Source: Oopsacas minuta
Lineage: Eukaryota > Animalia > Porifera
Length of the DNA: 40,945 bases
Assembly: GCA_024704765.1 (NCBI GenBank)
Contig: JAKMXF010000063.1
Coordinates: 1 to 40,945, forward strand
Reading direction: 5' to 3'
Below the pieces are notes generated by a model, which was not told where the DNA came from, did no database searches, and was given only the letters and a program-made list of their open reading frames with translations. A program made the translations under genes and the position numbers. Shown in pieces: positions 9,601 to 20,338 of the stretch; position 1 is the stretch's first letter, and the number at the start of each line of letters is the position of its first letter.

Positions 9601-12600
9601 TATATAGCTACTGATTGTATATTATTTGAGATTTTGAATATTTTATATTGAATTGCTTTTATGAATTGTATATTTTATCCCAATTTTGCTAATTAACATT
9701 TCTAAAATGCTTCATTTAATTATTTGTAACAGGAGAGGTCCTATGAACTAACATACCCGGGGCAGGGCCTAGCTATGATTTTCAGGTCCGAGGCAAATGT
9801 CCTGTTTGCTCCCTCAGGGGCCGCCTCTGATTTGTAATAAATTTGACTTTGCTAGGGTAATTCTTGCATAGTCAAATAAGAATATCTGTTATTTGCTATA
9901 AATGTATCTCTAAATGTTATTAGAATGTTGTTACAATTTATGATTATTATCTATATTGGAGTTACACTATCAACAGCACAAGGCATGTAGGAGTATTCTA
10001 TCTTAATTAGCTATATTGTACTATTATTATATTATAGATCGCAGCATAACATTCATTCCATCAACACCTCTCTGTATCGAGAGAGGAAGTACAGATGATA
10101 TGCTCTGTAGTATCTCCTACTTCTGATAACTTTATTGACTCTACTGCTCTAATATCATTTAATGGTTCTACTTCTGCTATAACTACAACGATAGATGATA
10201 ACACTCTTGCTGGTGTAGACACTACCAGATACACAAGTGATACAGCTGGACTGACTATTAGTACTGACATACCAGGAGTAAGACTGACTATATCTGATTA
10301 CCAAGCTACTGATGGTGATATTGTGTTTGCATATCATGGAGTGTACAGCGGCCTCTTTGTTTCTGCTGCTTTAGTATTGATAGTCCTCAGGGATTAACTG
10401 GTTAGTTTAACTTATGTAGAAGATATTTTAGCTTATTGGAATTCTTCTTTTCTAGTCCCTCCTTCTTCTCCTCCTGTAACACTCTCTGAGCCTAATAATA
10501 ACTGTACTAACATTGTAATCAACTGGGCTACTCCTGATAGTGATAGAGATATTATAGAATACTCTGTGTATCGTAACAATACATTATTAACTACTACTAC
10601 TACAGATAATAATTACACAGATACTAATCAGCTGACTGTCAATACAGTATATGAGTACTATGTCACAGCTATCAGCTGTGCTGGTAACTCTACTCCTGGT
10701 GTTAATACTGTTAGTTTAGGAGGTAATATTTGTTTTATAAATATACTGATACTGTGTTTATTTATTTATTTGTTTACTTTATAGGTTATTCTACAAACAA
10801 CTCTCCTCAGCTGTTCCTCAGATATGATAACACTACCAGTATTCTCACTATCGATTGGGTAACTAATATTTGTATATCAGCTGTTTAATAACTTAATATT
10901 CTATTTATATTGTCTCTAGACTCTACTTCCGGTTATGACACCTCCTCTTCTTATGCTGGAGTATTCCCTAGATTTGATTTATAATCACACACAATCAGAC
11001 ATTACTCACCAGTTCTCTAACTCTACTACATTCCTATTACTCTCTTCTATCACTGAATACAATACATACATAACTCCACATAACTTCACTACAGATGATG
11101 GAGTAGTAACTAACATTACAGCTTGTATACAAATAATACAACAGTGTGGAGTATTCAATGGACAGACTATATGTTGATTCTTTAACTCAGGTTCGACTAT
11201 ATAGTAATCAATGACTCCTGTGCTTTTGCATTAATTACACTGGGCAACATCAATTTTATTCCTCAAATGAAAATATATTACCTAGACTAACTTTGGGATG
11301 TTGATTCCAAATCTGAAATCAGAATTGATCTATCACGTCAGGATTTCAAGATATGAAAATTCACGAAATTCGGATTTTGCATTGATTGGCACTATATTAT
11401 AAGGTACTATACAGTACAAGTTAGGCCTATTGTACAATTTTCTTTCCCAGCGAATTGTTGGTCAACAATGCATATTATGTACGGTTAATATTAACATTAT
11501 TTTGTAAATGTAATGTTCTATCTTTTGACAATTAATGCATTCTTGAGTGTCCTTGGCCATGGCTATAAGGAGGGGTTATTTAGCCTACTTGCGGGTGGAT
11601 TGTAGACTGTATCGATAAACCAACAACATTACTGTTTTGCAGAATTTTTAGTTTGTAACTGATTGTGTATTTAAGCTTTTTGTTTACAATGAATACGAGC
11701 AGAAGACAATGCACGAACCACCCAGATAACTTCTGCTATATTTGTGGAAAATTTACGCCGAAGCCCCAGCGAAGAAATATTGCCAATCGTGTCAAGATTG
11801 GCTACAAGTATTACTTTGGTTGCAAAGTTGGTGACCAAGACAAGAACTGGGCACCTCACATCTGCTGTACCGTCTGCTATGCCAGTCTAATCCAATGGCT
11901 TAATGGAAGGAGGAAATCCATGCCATTTGCGGTACCTATGATTTGGCGAGAACCTAAAAACCATACGTCGGATTGTTATTTTTGTACAACAAATATTGCT
12001 GGATTTTCGACCTCTATACCGTGATGGAATCGCGATATAGAGGTCGATTTAACCCAAACATGATGGGGGACAACTGCTGGTTTCTCCAGCGTGAAACTGA
12101 CACTGAACATGCTCGAAAGAGCAAGTGTATAAAGCACTTTTGAGAGGATACAATGTTATTTTTGTCTGGTTTAATCATCCTGGGTTGTGTTAAATTGTGC
12201 AAAATGATAATTCTGTTATTTTCACTAGCAATTACTGTGTTTATTACATGTAATGTTTTGTTCTGCACAGCCAAAATTAGCCAAAATGACAATTACGGGT
12301 TGTTGTGTGCATATGTCATATCTCAAAAACGTGACGTGTTAGAAAAAATCTAAGGCCAGATTTGGATTCAGCATGGCCATATTAGTCTAGGTAAACTTGA
12401 AACGAGCAAGGAATAAAAAATAAGTTGTAAAATGTTGTCCAGTGTTATTTGTATATTATCCATGGTATACATTTAGAGTATTCTTCTATATAACCTACTA
12501 CTGCCACTACTCACAATAACACTACTGGTGCCTCTATTGATAAATAATTTTACTACAACTGCATGTGAGTAGATATTTCCCTTCTGGCGCTTATTATTTT

Positions 12601-15600
12601 TGTGGAATTTTTTATATACATTTGTATACAATTTTTGAAAATACAAATGATTTGGGAAACTAATTATCCAAATTAGTTGCATTATCAGATGAGTCTTAAA
12701 TTATTATTATTCATAAGTCTTGGGGCATTATTCTAGCCCCTGCGCTTATTCAAGGAATATTGTGTATCTCGTTAATTGTGTTATACAGAATTATCACATA
12801 CACTTTATCCAATTTACTATATTTATTTATTCTTACAGTTAATACAACAAATAAACAATCAATACACAGCTATGAGGATATAGATAATCAAATGATATTA
12901 TCTTCTCCTATCCATCAACCCTCAGAGTCTCACTACACCCCTATGGCTTCATTATCTGCTAAGCAGATACCTCCTACGTATGCTAATTTGAAATAGAATA
13001 ATATATAACTTGAATTGAAATGTGTGTAGCTTATTTTATTTATATATTTGTTTTTACCGAATCTATATGTGTATATTTATTGTTTATTATGCAATATGAA
13101 TAACTAGCTGCTAATTCTAATAAATAATTATTTTTCTATAAATTTGAATTCTTCGTTTAGGTTACATTTAGTACAATCTTGTATTTACTGTTGTTTCAGA
13201 GCAGATTAATACAATTTGTGATTATTATCTGTATTGGAATTAAACTATCAAAGTACAAGGTAGGAGTATGGTTTCGTTTACCAAATGTGAAGAGTTGTCA
13301 GTTTTATCTTAACTGTAGCTTTAATCCTTTATTTTCCCCTTTGATATACCCATTATCCCACCAGTAGCTGTACCTGGTATTTTCTTGTTATTTGTATTGT
13401 TATTTGTTTAAATTTACACTTTTCCTCCCCCTGAATCAGTATCACATATACCAGCTATCGCATTAATAATATTTATTAGTTATTACTGCTTTCGGCTAAC
13501 CATTCAACGTTCGTGGATATTTCGTATCCGTGGCTGAGCACTACCAATACAATGCCTGCATCCCAGGAGCTGATATTATATCCGAACACTCTACATAGGG
13601 TGCATGGCAACCATCAGGATCTGATTTACACGATCGAAATGTAAAATCAGCAACACTAAGTCATTCTACATATTCTAAATGCAACTTTAAAATATTCGAA
13701 TATTCGTTAATTCGAAAAATATTTTCCAGGGACAGTTTGAATTAACGGTTGTCGACCGTATTTCTACTTGATACTTAATTATTCTTGCCTGTTGATTTTT
13801 CACCGATTAAACTAATAAGAAAGGAGTACATAGTTTAGCTTGTACCGAAATGCCCACGCAATGTCTGCTTTGCTGAAGAGTAAATTGGTAAAATATCTTA
13901 AACTCCTCTTGAATAGAAACAAAATGGCTGACGATTTTGTTGATATGTATCGACAAATCATTGAACAAGTAACAGTTGTATAGGTGTATGGTCGTTAATA
14001 GCAGGTATACCTTGATTTCTAACGTCAAAAATATGGGTCGTTGGTCGCGTTCAAGATGTTGCCGCTCATCGCAGGTCATCAAGTATTGTAAAAATATCCG
14101 TGCCGAGATATAGGGCCGTAAGAGGCAGGAAGTCGCTCATGGGAGGGGTCGTGCAAACCAAGTATCACTGTAGTGGATGTAAATACAGTGTAACCTGCAT
14201 AAACTAGCATTCATTGGGAGAATTTGTCAGTTTAGAATATTGTAAGATTTACCAGGTGAATTTATTTTGTCGGGAGCTATTTCCGATCAGAAATACTGTC
14301 GTATCATAGAGGTTTTCCGGATTATACAGGTGTCGGTTTATGAAGGTTCCACTGTATAATAAATCACTGAGTGATTCCAAATTTCCCGAAATATTATATC
14401 AAAGCAGGGTCTTTGCATCACGAGTGGCCAGCCAGATGCTGGTTCATAGTTGTCAACATTTTAAAAATCTATCCATGAGATTTCGTTAGGAACAGTTGAA
14501 TTTCTCAAGTTCTAAACGGATGGAATTATTGTAATAACTTCAAATTCCTCAGATAAATTTATAGTGAGAATGTAAATCAAAGTGATATTGTGTTCAAATC
14601 CGTGAGTATAACTTCGGAGCCGCGAGACTTCACAACTATGCTGGTTTGGCCAGCATTTGGTTGGCTCAGCCAGGTTAGAATAAAACCAGTGATTCACTAA
14701 ACCTAGAATCTTATGCCATATCAGTAGCTTAGATCATCAATCACATAATACCAACTAAGTTCGAACTTAGTGCTTAATTTCTTAAAGGATACGGCGGCTG
14801 GTGACTATCGCTGTCTATTTAGGAGAGTTTGGGAAGGTAACGAGAATTAGAAGAATCTGGAGTTGGGGTTTATGCAGGATAAGCATGATAACATTATGCT
14901 TTACTTTTATTACACAATAATTTCAAGGAAAGTTTGTCGAAACAGTCAACATTTCCCAATAATTATCACAAGTCATTACGTCGAATAGAAATTATTTGAG
15001 TATCTACGTTCTTTGAGGGTAACTTGATCAAATATTCTAGAACCCTTCATGGAGATAGCTAAAGTAATCACTAATTCCTCTCAGAATAATTTCAACCTAG
15101 TACAGTGGATTGACCTCCCAAAGTGGGTGGGTGGGGGCAAATATGATATGTGTGCTTTGGACATCACAGCCAAATGAACCTCCCAAAGTGAGGTTTGGCG
15201 AGGGTCGCAGGCAATTTGAATGATATTTATACAAAAAATCAATAGGTATGGAGGAAGGGTCTGTTTCGAAGATCTTAGGCAATTGAATCTTCAAAAGTGG
15301 ATTATATACCATAACTGGGGTAAAGCTAGGGTGTAACTAACATTGAGGCAGATGAGGCAGTTAATCTCCATTATTTAGACAAATATTCATCCTTGCCTCC
15401 TCGCTTTGGAATCTCTAATTACGCCCCAGTAAAGACAAATCTGAACAAAAGGTCGAGAAAATTCGAATGTCAGAAGTGGGATATTCCCAAAGTGGAGTGT
15501 TAAGTTTCGCAAATGCTTCCCGGACACCCTACTTTGGGAGCTTCAACTGTAATCTGCATATGAACTCAAGGATTTTAATGCAAAAGTAAATTAAGTGATT

Positions 15601-17561
15601 TGGAGCCAATCGCGCGGATAAAGTCGAACGTTAATCCATAAATAACGTACGGACATTTTGTGATAAAACACCATTGCATCAGGGTCATCCTTACTACCTA
15701 GAATAAGTCTTTCTAGTGTATCTTGTACTTCTTCACAATTTTCGTCCATTTCTCTTTCCAATTTTAGTTTATATTTCTATAAGAATAGAAGCAGTAACTG
15801 ATATGTAATAGCACAGAGATGCAGCAGTTTGGCCGTAACATGTAAACAAGTGTGAGGAAATGGCATGACGTAAATGGGACAGTCACATCTGGTTGTTCCT
15901 ATTCTCAGAAAAATGTCAAAAACCCCGATAGTTAAAAATTTCCGCATTTGGTATGTTTAGGCTGGAGATAACTCAGCTAATGTTAGAATAATGCAAAATT
16001 TCAAACCATAAATTGAACAGTTAAAAGTCTTCAGGCCAGATGTAGTTTGCAAAAAATAAGGTATTAGAGTTCGACAAAAATTGACTTGGTCTGATCGAGT
16101 CAGAAGATTCTCCTGTATAGTTGTATTTGTGTACATAGTATAACTATTAGGTACAAGTAGCAGACGCGTAGCTACCATAGGGCACATGGGGCATGTGCAC
16201 CCCCAGGATTGGCCAGGGGAGGCGAGGGTATCTACAAGCTGGAGGACTGCCGTTGCAGAAAGAATTGGAGTAAACTTAATTTTCACGGCATAATCCCTGG
16301 AAATAGCTAAATCCCGGAAAAACCCCCGAGATTCCTGGTCGATCCCTAAGTAAAACTAACAATCTTAGACATCTTAAGATTAGTTATATTATACAAGCAG
16401 ATGTATGCATAGTCTAAGGATAAGGGATAGCTCAGGATAGATCAAAAAGTCTGTATTTTGGGCAGAGCCTCTAACCCCTCAAAAAGGCTCGCTACGCTCG
16501 CTTTGTGCACCGAAATTATATCCCTCTGGCTATGGTACTGAGTAGTACGTCTTAACTTAAATAATGTAACCTTTATTATTGATAGTTTCGCTTCATCTTT
16601 CTCACTAGACATTATGCTGCTCACGACCCTCCATGATGCTCGAAGTTCTCCGATTACATTCTTGCATGCAATAGAGAGTAATGATCTCTGATACAAATTA
16701 AGCCTCTCTCTATCCACTACGAACAGTCTCATGTACTTAGCCATATCTAATAGATGTTGTCATTGTAAGATGATTGAGAGAATATTTATAAGTTAAAAAA
16801 TACACAACCATTATAGTTAGAAAACTATAGCTGTGCGACAGCTCAGTGCCTCAAGTTAGGTTAAGTATCAAACAGATAAATTTCATTGTGCTTTTGGTCG
16901 CTACGTGACGGGATAAACTTGGCACTTGTGCCTTGTGTTTAAAATATAGCAGAAACTTGAAGATTGTATTATTCATAGTCCATCCAAAGTACATTCAGTG
17001 GTCTTCTGTGGTGGCACTGCATCTCTTACATGGCTTTAGGTTAATATTTCTGGGCATTTCGTGTATCGAATATTATGAAATTGTCAAAATATCGAAACTT
17101 GGAGAATTTTGATTTTTATGCAGTCATGATCACGCAATAATCCCATGAAGAGTTTACATTCCGCCAAAGTCATGACGTCAGAATGTGTGGCATATTGAAG
17201 GGTACCTGTGATTCAAATTTGAAACTTCTATCATGTATATTGGCTGAGCAGTGGTTAATAATTTTTCGAAAATCCAAAAAGGTGGCAATGACGTCATAAT
17301 TTCGTCATAGATGTGAATTTTCGTCCAGGAATTGAACTGGTCCGAGGCAGGCCCAAAATATCCCTGTATGCAAAAATCAGCCCCAGGAGTCTTCCAGTTT
17401 TTTAATGAATTCTGGAGATATAAACACATACGAGTAATACATAAATACATATATATATATATATAGATTAATTGCGTTTTAATAGTATAAATTATACCTT
17501 GGAATCTTTCTGTTTGTTCTGAAAGCTCAGCATTGTAAAGAACTTTTTCACAATCTTCCAT
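6426..17561 (-). CDS. Divergent 14-3-3 protein, five exons (17561-17498, 16746-16571, 15776-15655, 8115-7993, 6636-6426), 231 aa
   Basis: The exon lengths 64+176+122+123+211 = 696 nt join in frame with GT-AG introns: [21 protein letters not shown]|DMAKY...[23 protein letters not shown]...IIK|KYKLKLERE...AMVFYHKM|KGDYLRY...TIRLG|LALSYS...[17 protein letters not shown]. All hallmark 14-3-3 blocks are present in order. Confidence 0.9.
6912..7130. repeat. Partial copy of the MITE family at 15103-15549
   Basis: Shares the ta|cagtgga...cctcc(c/t)aaagtgg start and the internal gtttgg...cgcagg(t/c)aattt...tatacaaaaa segment. Confidence 0.55.
7993..8115 (-). CDS. 14-3-3 exon 4 (absent from the ORF track)
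   Basis: Acceptor tactttttctag|G AAA GGA GAC TAT CTT CGC TAC (KGDYLRY), continuing to [10 protein letters not shown]; donor GG|GTAATG. Confidence 0.88.
8518..8890. mobile_element. Tc1/mariner-type MITE remnant with reiterated gttcttataaccgg motifs
   Basis: Begins ta|cagtgaatgccggttataagaac. The motif occurs about 5 times forward and twice in reverse. No right terminus is recognisable. Confidence 0.6.
9140..9308. mobile_element. 169-bp TA-flanked MITE
   Basis: TA|cagtggagtctccgaataacggaca...tgtccgttttgggagactccactg|TA. Confidence 0.85.
10456..10722 (+). CDS. Fibronectin type III domain exon (phase 1-1)
   Basis: [40 protein letters not shown]...[23 protein letters not shown] shows the FN3 W, Y and L-x4-Y-x-Y-x-V-x-A pattern. 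267 nt between ttttctag| and |gtaata. Confidence 0.85.
11238..12444 (+). mobile_element. Internally deleted Chapaev3-like DNA transposon
   Basis: Termini cactgggcaacat and atgttgtccagtg, a 3-bp tta duplication, and matching subterminal blocks (tacctagactaa, ccaaatctg). The ORF has the Cys/His N-terminus [13 protein letters not shown]...[22 protein letters not shown]...[17 protein letters not shown], joined directly to the C-terminal [24 protein letters not shown]. The family assignment comes from recalled Chapaev3 features (CAC/GTG ends, TWA target duplication). Confidence 0.8.
14186..14354. mobile_element. 169-bp TA-flanked MITE
   Basis: TA|cagtgtaacctgcataaac...gtttatgaaggttccactg|TA (19-bp TIR, 2 mismatches). 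Confidence 0.75.
15103..15549. mobile_element. TA-flanked MITE with repeated cccaaagtg motifs
   Basis: TA|cagtggattgacctcccaaagt...actttgggagcttcaactg|TA; a related copy lies at 6912. Confidence 0.6.
15655..15776 (-). CDS. 14-3-3 exon 3 (absent from the ORF track)
   Basis: Acceptor ttctattcttatag|; [42 protein letters not shown]; donor GTCCGT, which is non-consensus at +3/+4. Confidence 0.85.
16571..16746 (-). CDS. 14-3-3 exon 2
   Basis: Acceptor tattag|AT ATG; [25 protein letters not shown]; donor AAG|GTTACA. Confidence 0.9.
17498..17561 (-). CDS. 14-3-3 exon 1
   Basis: [21 protein letters not shown]+G resembles 14-3-3 epsilon [21 protein letters not shown]+G. Donor G|GTATAA. Confidence 0.85.
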
Positions 17562-17808
17562 GTGTAACAAATGATATTCAATAATAGGAAAATCCTTAAG
17601 TGGTAAAATTATGATCGTAAACCTGCATAATGGCATAATAGAAAATTGGTTAAGGTCATTTAGCTCGAAATTGTTTATAAATATAGATTGTATGTATTGT
17701 TGTAGCTCGCTACTGACTCTTGTGATCTTGTTGTGGGAACTATCGGCCTAAGCTGAAATCGTTGCTGGGCCACTGGGGGCATAATCGCTAGAGTTCTATA
17801 GCGACTAA

Positions 17809-18107
17809 CATGGCTGTATCAACTCATTTTGAGTTGGCAAAAAATCTCATTTTTTGTCTACCAACTCATTTTTATAACTAAGAGTTAAACTCGAAATAAT
17901 GATTTTAAAACATTATAACTGATGCATTGCTGTTACCGCTGAAACAAAATACATTGTTACATCATTTCCCTAGATGATTCCCAATTCTTGGAACAGATAA
18001 TGTACTCACTTTTCATCTCTCCAGGACCGATTTGCGTTGTCAACTCATTCAACTCATTCAAAAATTGAGTAGGTTTTGCCAACTCATAATGAGTTGATAC
18101 AGCCCTG
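17809..18107. mobile_element. MITE with 20-bp TIR (hAT-like ends)
   Basis: catggctgtatcaactcatt and aatgagttgatacagccctg; internal caactcatt repeats. No target-site duplication is evident. Confidence 0.7.
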
Positions 18108-18164
18108 CATGAATGGCCTTTTTTTGCCAATATTCATCAATAACTTGACAACCTCCAATGCTAT

Positions 18165-19279
18165 GGCCTATTGCGTGTAGAACTACTACCGTGGCAGAAT
18201 TACTACCTCTATTACTGGTACCATGGATATTCATAACAAGTGGCGGGATTACTACCTTACATAACAGAATTATTACCTTTTGATCATGACATGAAATAGT
18301 TAAACTCAATTCTTAGTTCTTATCACACTGATTATAATGCATTTTCAATGGTTTCTTGGTTTCTGGTCTAGAGTTATATTAATAGCAATATATATTCTAA
18401 AATAAAATATGAATTTGATGAATTACAACAGATACGTTAGACAATTAATTGACCATCAGGACACATTACTAAAAAACACAAATTATGAAATTCTGCCTGG
18501 AATGTCCGAAATAGTATATGTACACGCACATATTCACGAATATCCTTTTGCATTCCCTTCCAAATGTAATCTCTCCTGATCATTTCAGTTGTAGTATTGA
18601 TTCTACAATGTTCTGGATCATGGCATATGTGGAGGATTTGGGATACATCTTCAGTCTTAGGGCAGCGAAGCGATGTCGAAACACCATTAACAATAGTCTG
18701 GCTAATCTACGAGAAAATATAAATTACAAATTTGCAACTTCATTGTATAACTACACTTGTAGAGTTGATCATCTTCACCAAGTTGGTAATGTGATGCACG
18801 TTGTTCAAAATTGTGTCTCACAAATTGTGTAGCTGTTCTTAGATTGTTCTGAAATTCGGCGCGGGTGAAAGAAATTCACAAGCTTCGAACACTCAGAGGC
18901 ATCCATTATTCAGTAAGTAATTAAAATAAAGGAAATAATTGGACAACTTTTTCTCATACATCCCATGTCAAAGGAAAATCTGGTTTGGTACAACGAACTC
19001 AGTCCAATTTCTATACAAAAATACGTGGAAGAAAACAGTTCATACGAAAATGTAAATTATCTTGCTTATGCCTAGTTATGTAATATAACTTTAGAGCAGA
19101 AACAAAGAAATCATTGAAAAGCATTATTATCAGTGGGATAAGAACTAAGAGTTGAGTTATACGATTTCATGTCATGATCAAAGGGTAATAATTCTGTTAT
19201 GTAAGGTAGTAATTCCGCCACTGGTTATGAATATCCATGGTACCAGTATAGAGGTAGTAATTCTACCACGCAACAGGCC
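18165..19279 (-). mobile_element. Non-autonomous element with about 200-bp TIRs carrying an intron-split integrase zinc-finger (H2C2) remnant, Ginger/GIN-like
   Basis: 18165-18381 is the imperfect reverse complement of 19081-19279. The minus-strand exon 18706-18524 reads ...SQILHICHDPEHCRINTTTEMIRRDYIWKGMQKDIREYVR, flanked by ttctcgtag| and |gtacat. Confidence 0.7.
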
Positions 19280-19301
19280 AAATCATAAAACAGACATATA
19301 G

Positions 19302-19467
19302 TACAGCCTCGACTTCCAATGCCCTGATAAGACATTTTGATATGATATCTCTGATGGTTATGACGCAATCTTGAAAATGACCATATATGGCATTATTCAT
19401 GATTGTGGAATATTCTATTGAGATATCGTATCAAAATGTATTATCAGGGCATTGGAAGTTGACTATA
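19302..19467. mobile_element. Foldback MITE of about 167 bp, copy 1 of 3
   Basis: TIR of about 50 bp (cttccaatgccctgataa-acattttgata-gatatctc) and a core cgcaatcttgaaaatgaccatatatgg shared with the copies at 23723 and about 36920. Confidence 0.8.
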
Positions 19468-20338
19468 TACTACATATTTGCTTGATCATTTGGCCATAGC
19501 ATTGTAGTTTACAATTGCCTTAGTATAGAATGCTATGGTTTGACAAAGAGTTAACCACAAGCAGGACGGAGTTACTACTAACTTGATACTCAAGACTGCA
19601 GGCTAATCTAATGCGGAAACATTCAGATCATTCATAAGTAGCCAGATAATGTTGCTTAGAATGTTCAATCTCACGATCCAAAGTTATTTACAACAGCGGT
19701 CCTATCTCAGTTACCCAGATATACCGTAGCGACGATGACCAATATTAGTATAAGTCAACATTAGTACGCGTTCAAATCCCTCGATAGCCTAGCCGCTAGT
19801 GCGATAATGCTAACATTATGTGCCAGTATAGCAGCCATGTAGGACACAAAGTGCCTACCAAATTTTTTCGTACAAAACATGTGTTAAATGTCCGGTTCCT
19901 ACTATAGTGTATCTGTTAATTCAACTTGTTAATGCCACTGATAATATTCAATACAAGGTTTGGCAAATATCGATAACGTTAAAATCTCCGATACGATACG
20001 ATAAATCGAACAATACCTGATACTATAAAACATATGTAATGTCAAAAAATATCGAAATGGTAGCGAGAAATTTTGGAAATAAATATCGAACTTTGGATAT
20101 TTCAGATAATCTCTCTGATATTTTACAGATATTAATATTTTGAATTTTCGATATATCGGTACCTAAACTTGTTCAAAATTATGTTCAGTCACCAAAACGC
20201 AATATGTATTATTGGAATGCATATGAAGTTCTGTTCAACTTGGTAAAATAGTTCCTATCTAACACCACCTTTTTACGCACTGATTAAATCCATATTATTG
20301 ATATTGAGTACTCTAATTATACCAGGAAAATAAAAACT

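Larger units (their letters stand above)
9925..12996 (+). pseudogene. Decayed type I membrane receptor (signal peptide, Ig-like, FN3, stalk, TM, Tyr-motif tail) nested antisense in 14-3-3 intron 3
   Basis: Exon-like pieces with splice sites: 9925-9982 ([19 protein letters not shown]), 10038-10400 (Ig-like, two frameshifts), 10456-10722 (clean FN3), 10785-10858, 10920-11190 (contains a stop), 12478-12563 (Thr-rich), about 12717-12790 ([23 protein letters not shown]) and 12839-12996 (SYEDI, HYTPM, TYANL, stop). Confidence 0.7.

Noticed and set aside
12478-12563. Leu-rich open frame ([21 protein letters not shown]) as a TM helix
   Set aside because: It is probably the shifted reading of ACT-rich Thr codons. 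A better TM lies at about 12717-12790, in frame with the tail.
13807-14082. ORF with EEFKIFYQ as a possible 14-3-3 exon 3
   Set aside because: The similarity is weak and there are no fitting splice sites. 15776-15655 matches much better and has the required phases.
17178-17636. 152-aa ORF as a standalone protein
   Set aside because: Only 21 codons are 14-3-3 exon 1. The rest runs through an (AT)n tract and repeat-derived intron sequence.
19700-19790. tRNA suggested by gttcaaatccc
   Set aside because: There is a T-loop-like word only; I could not build an acceptor, D or anticodon stem.
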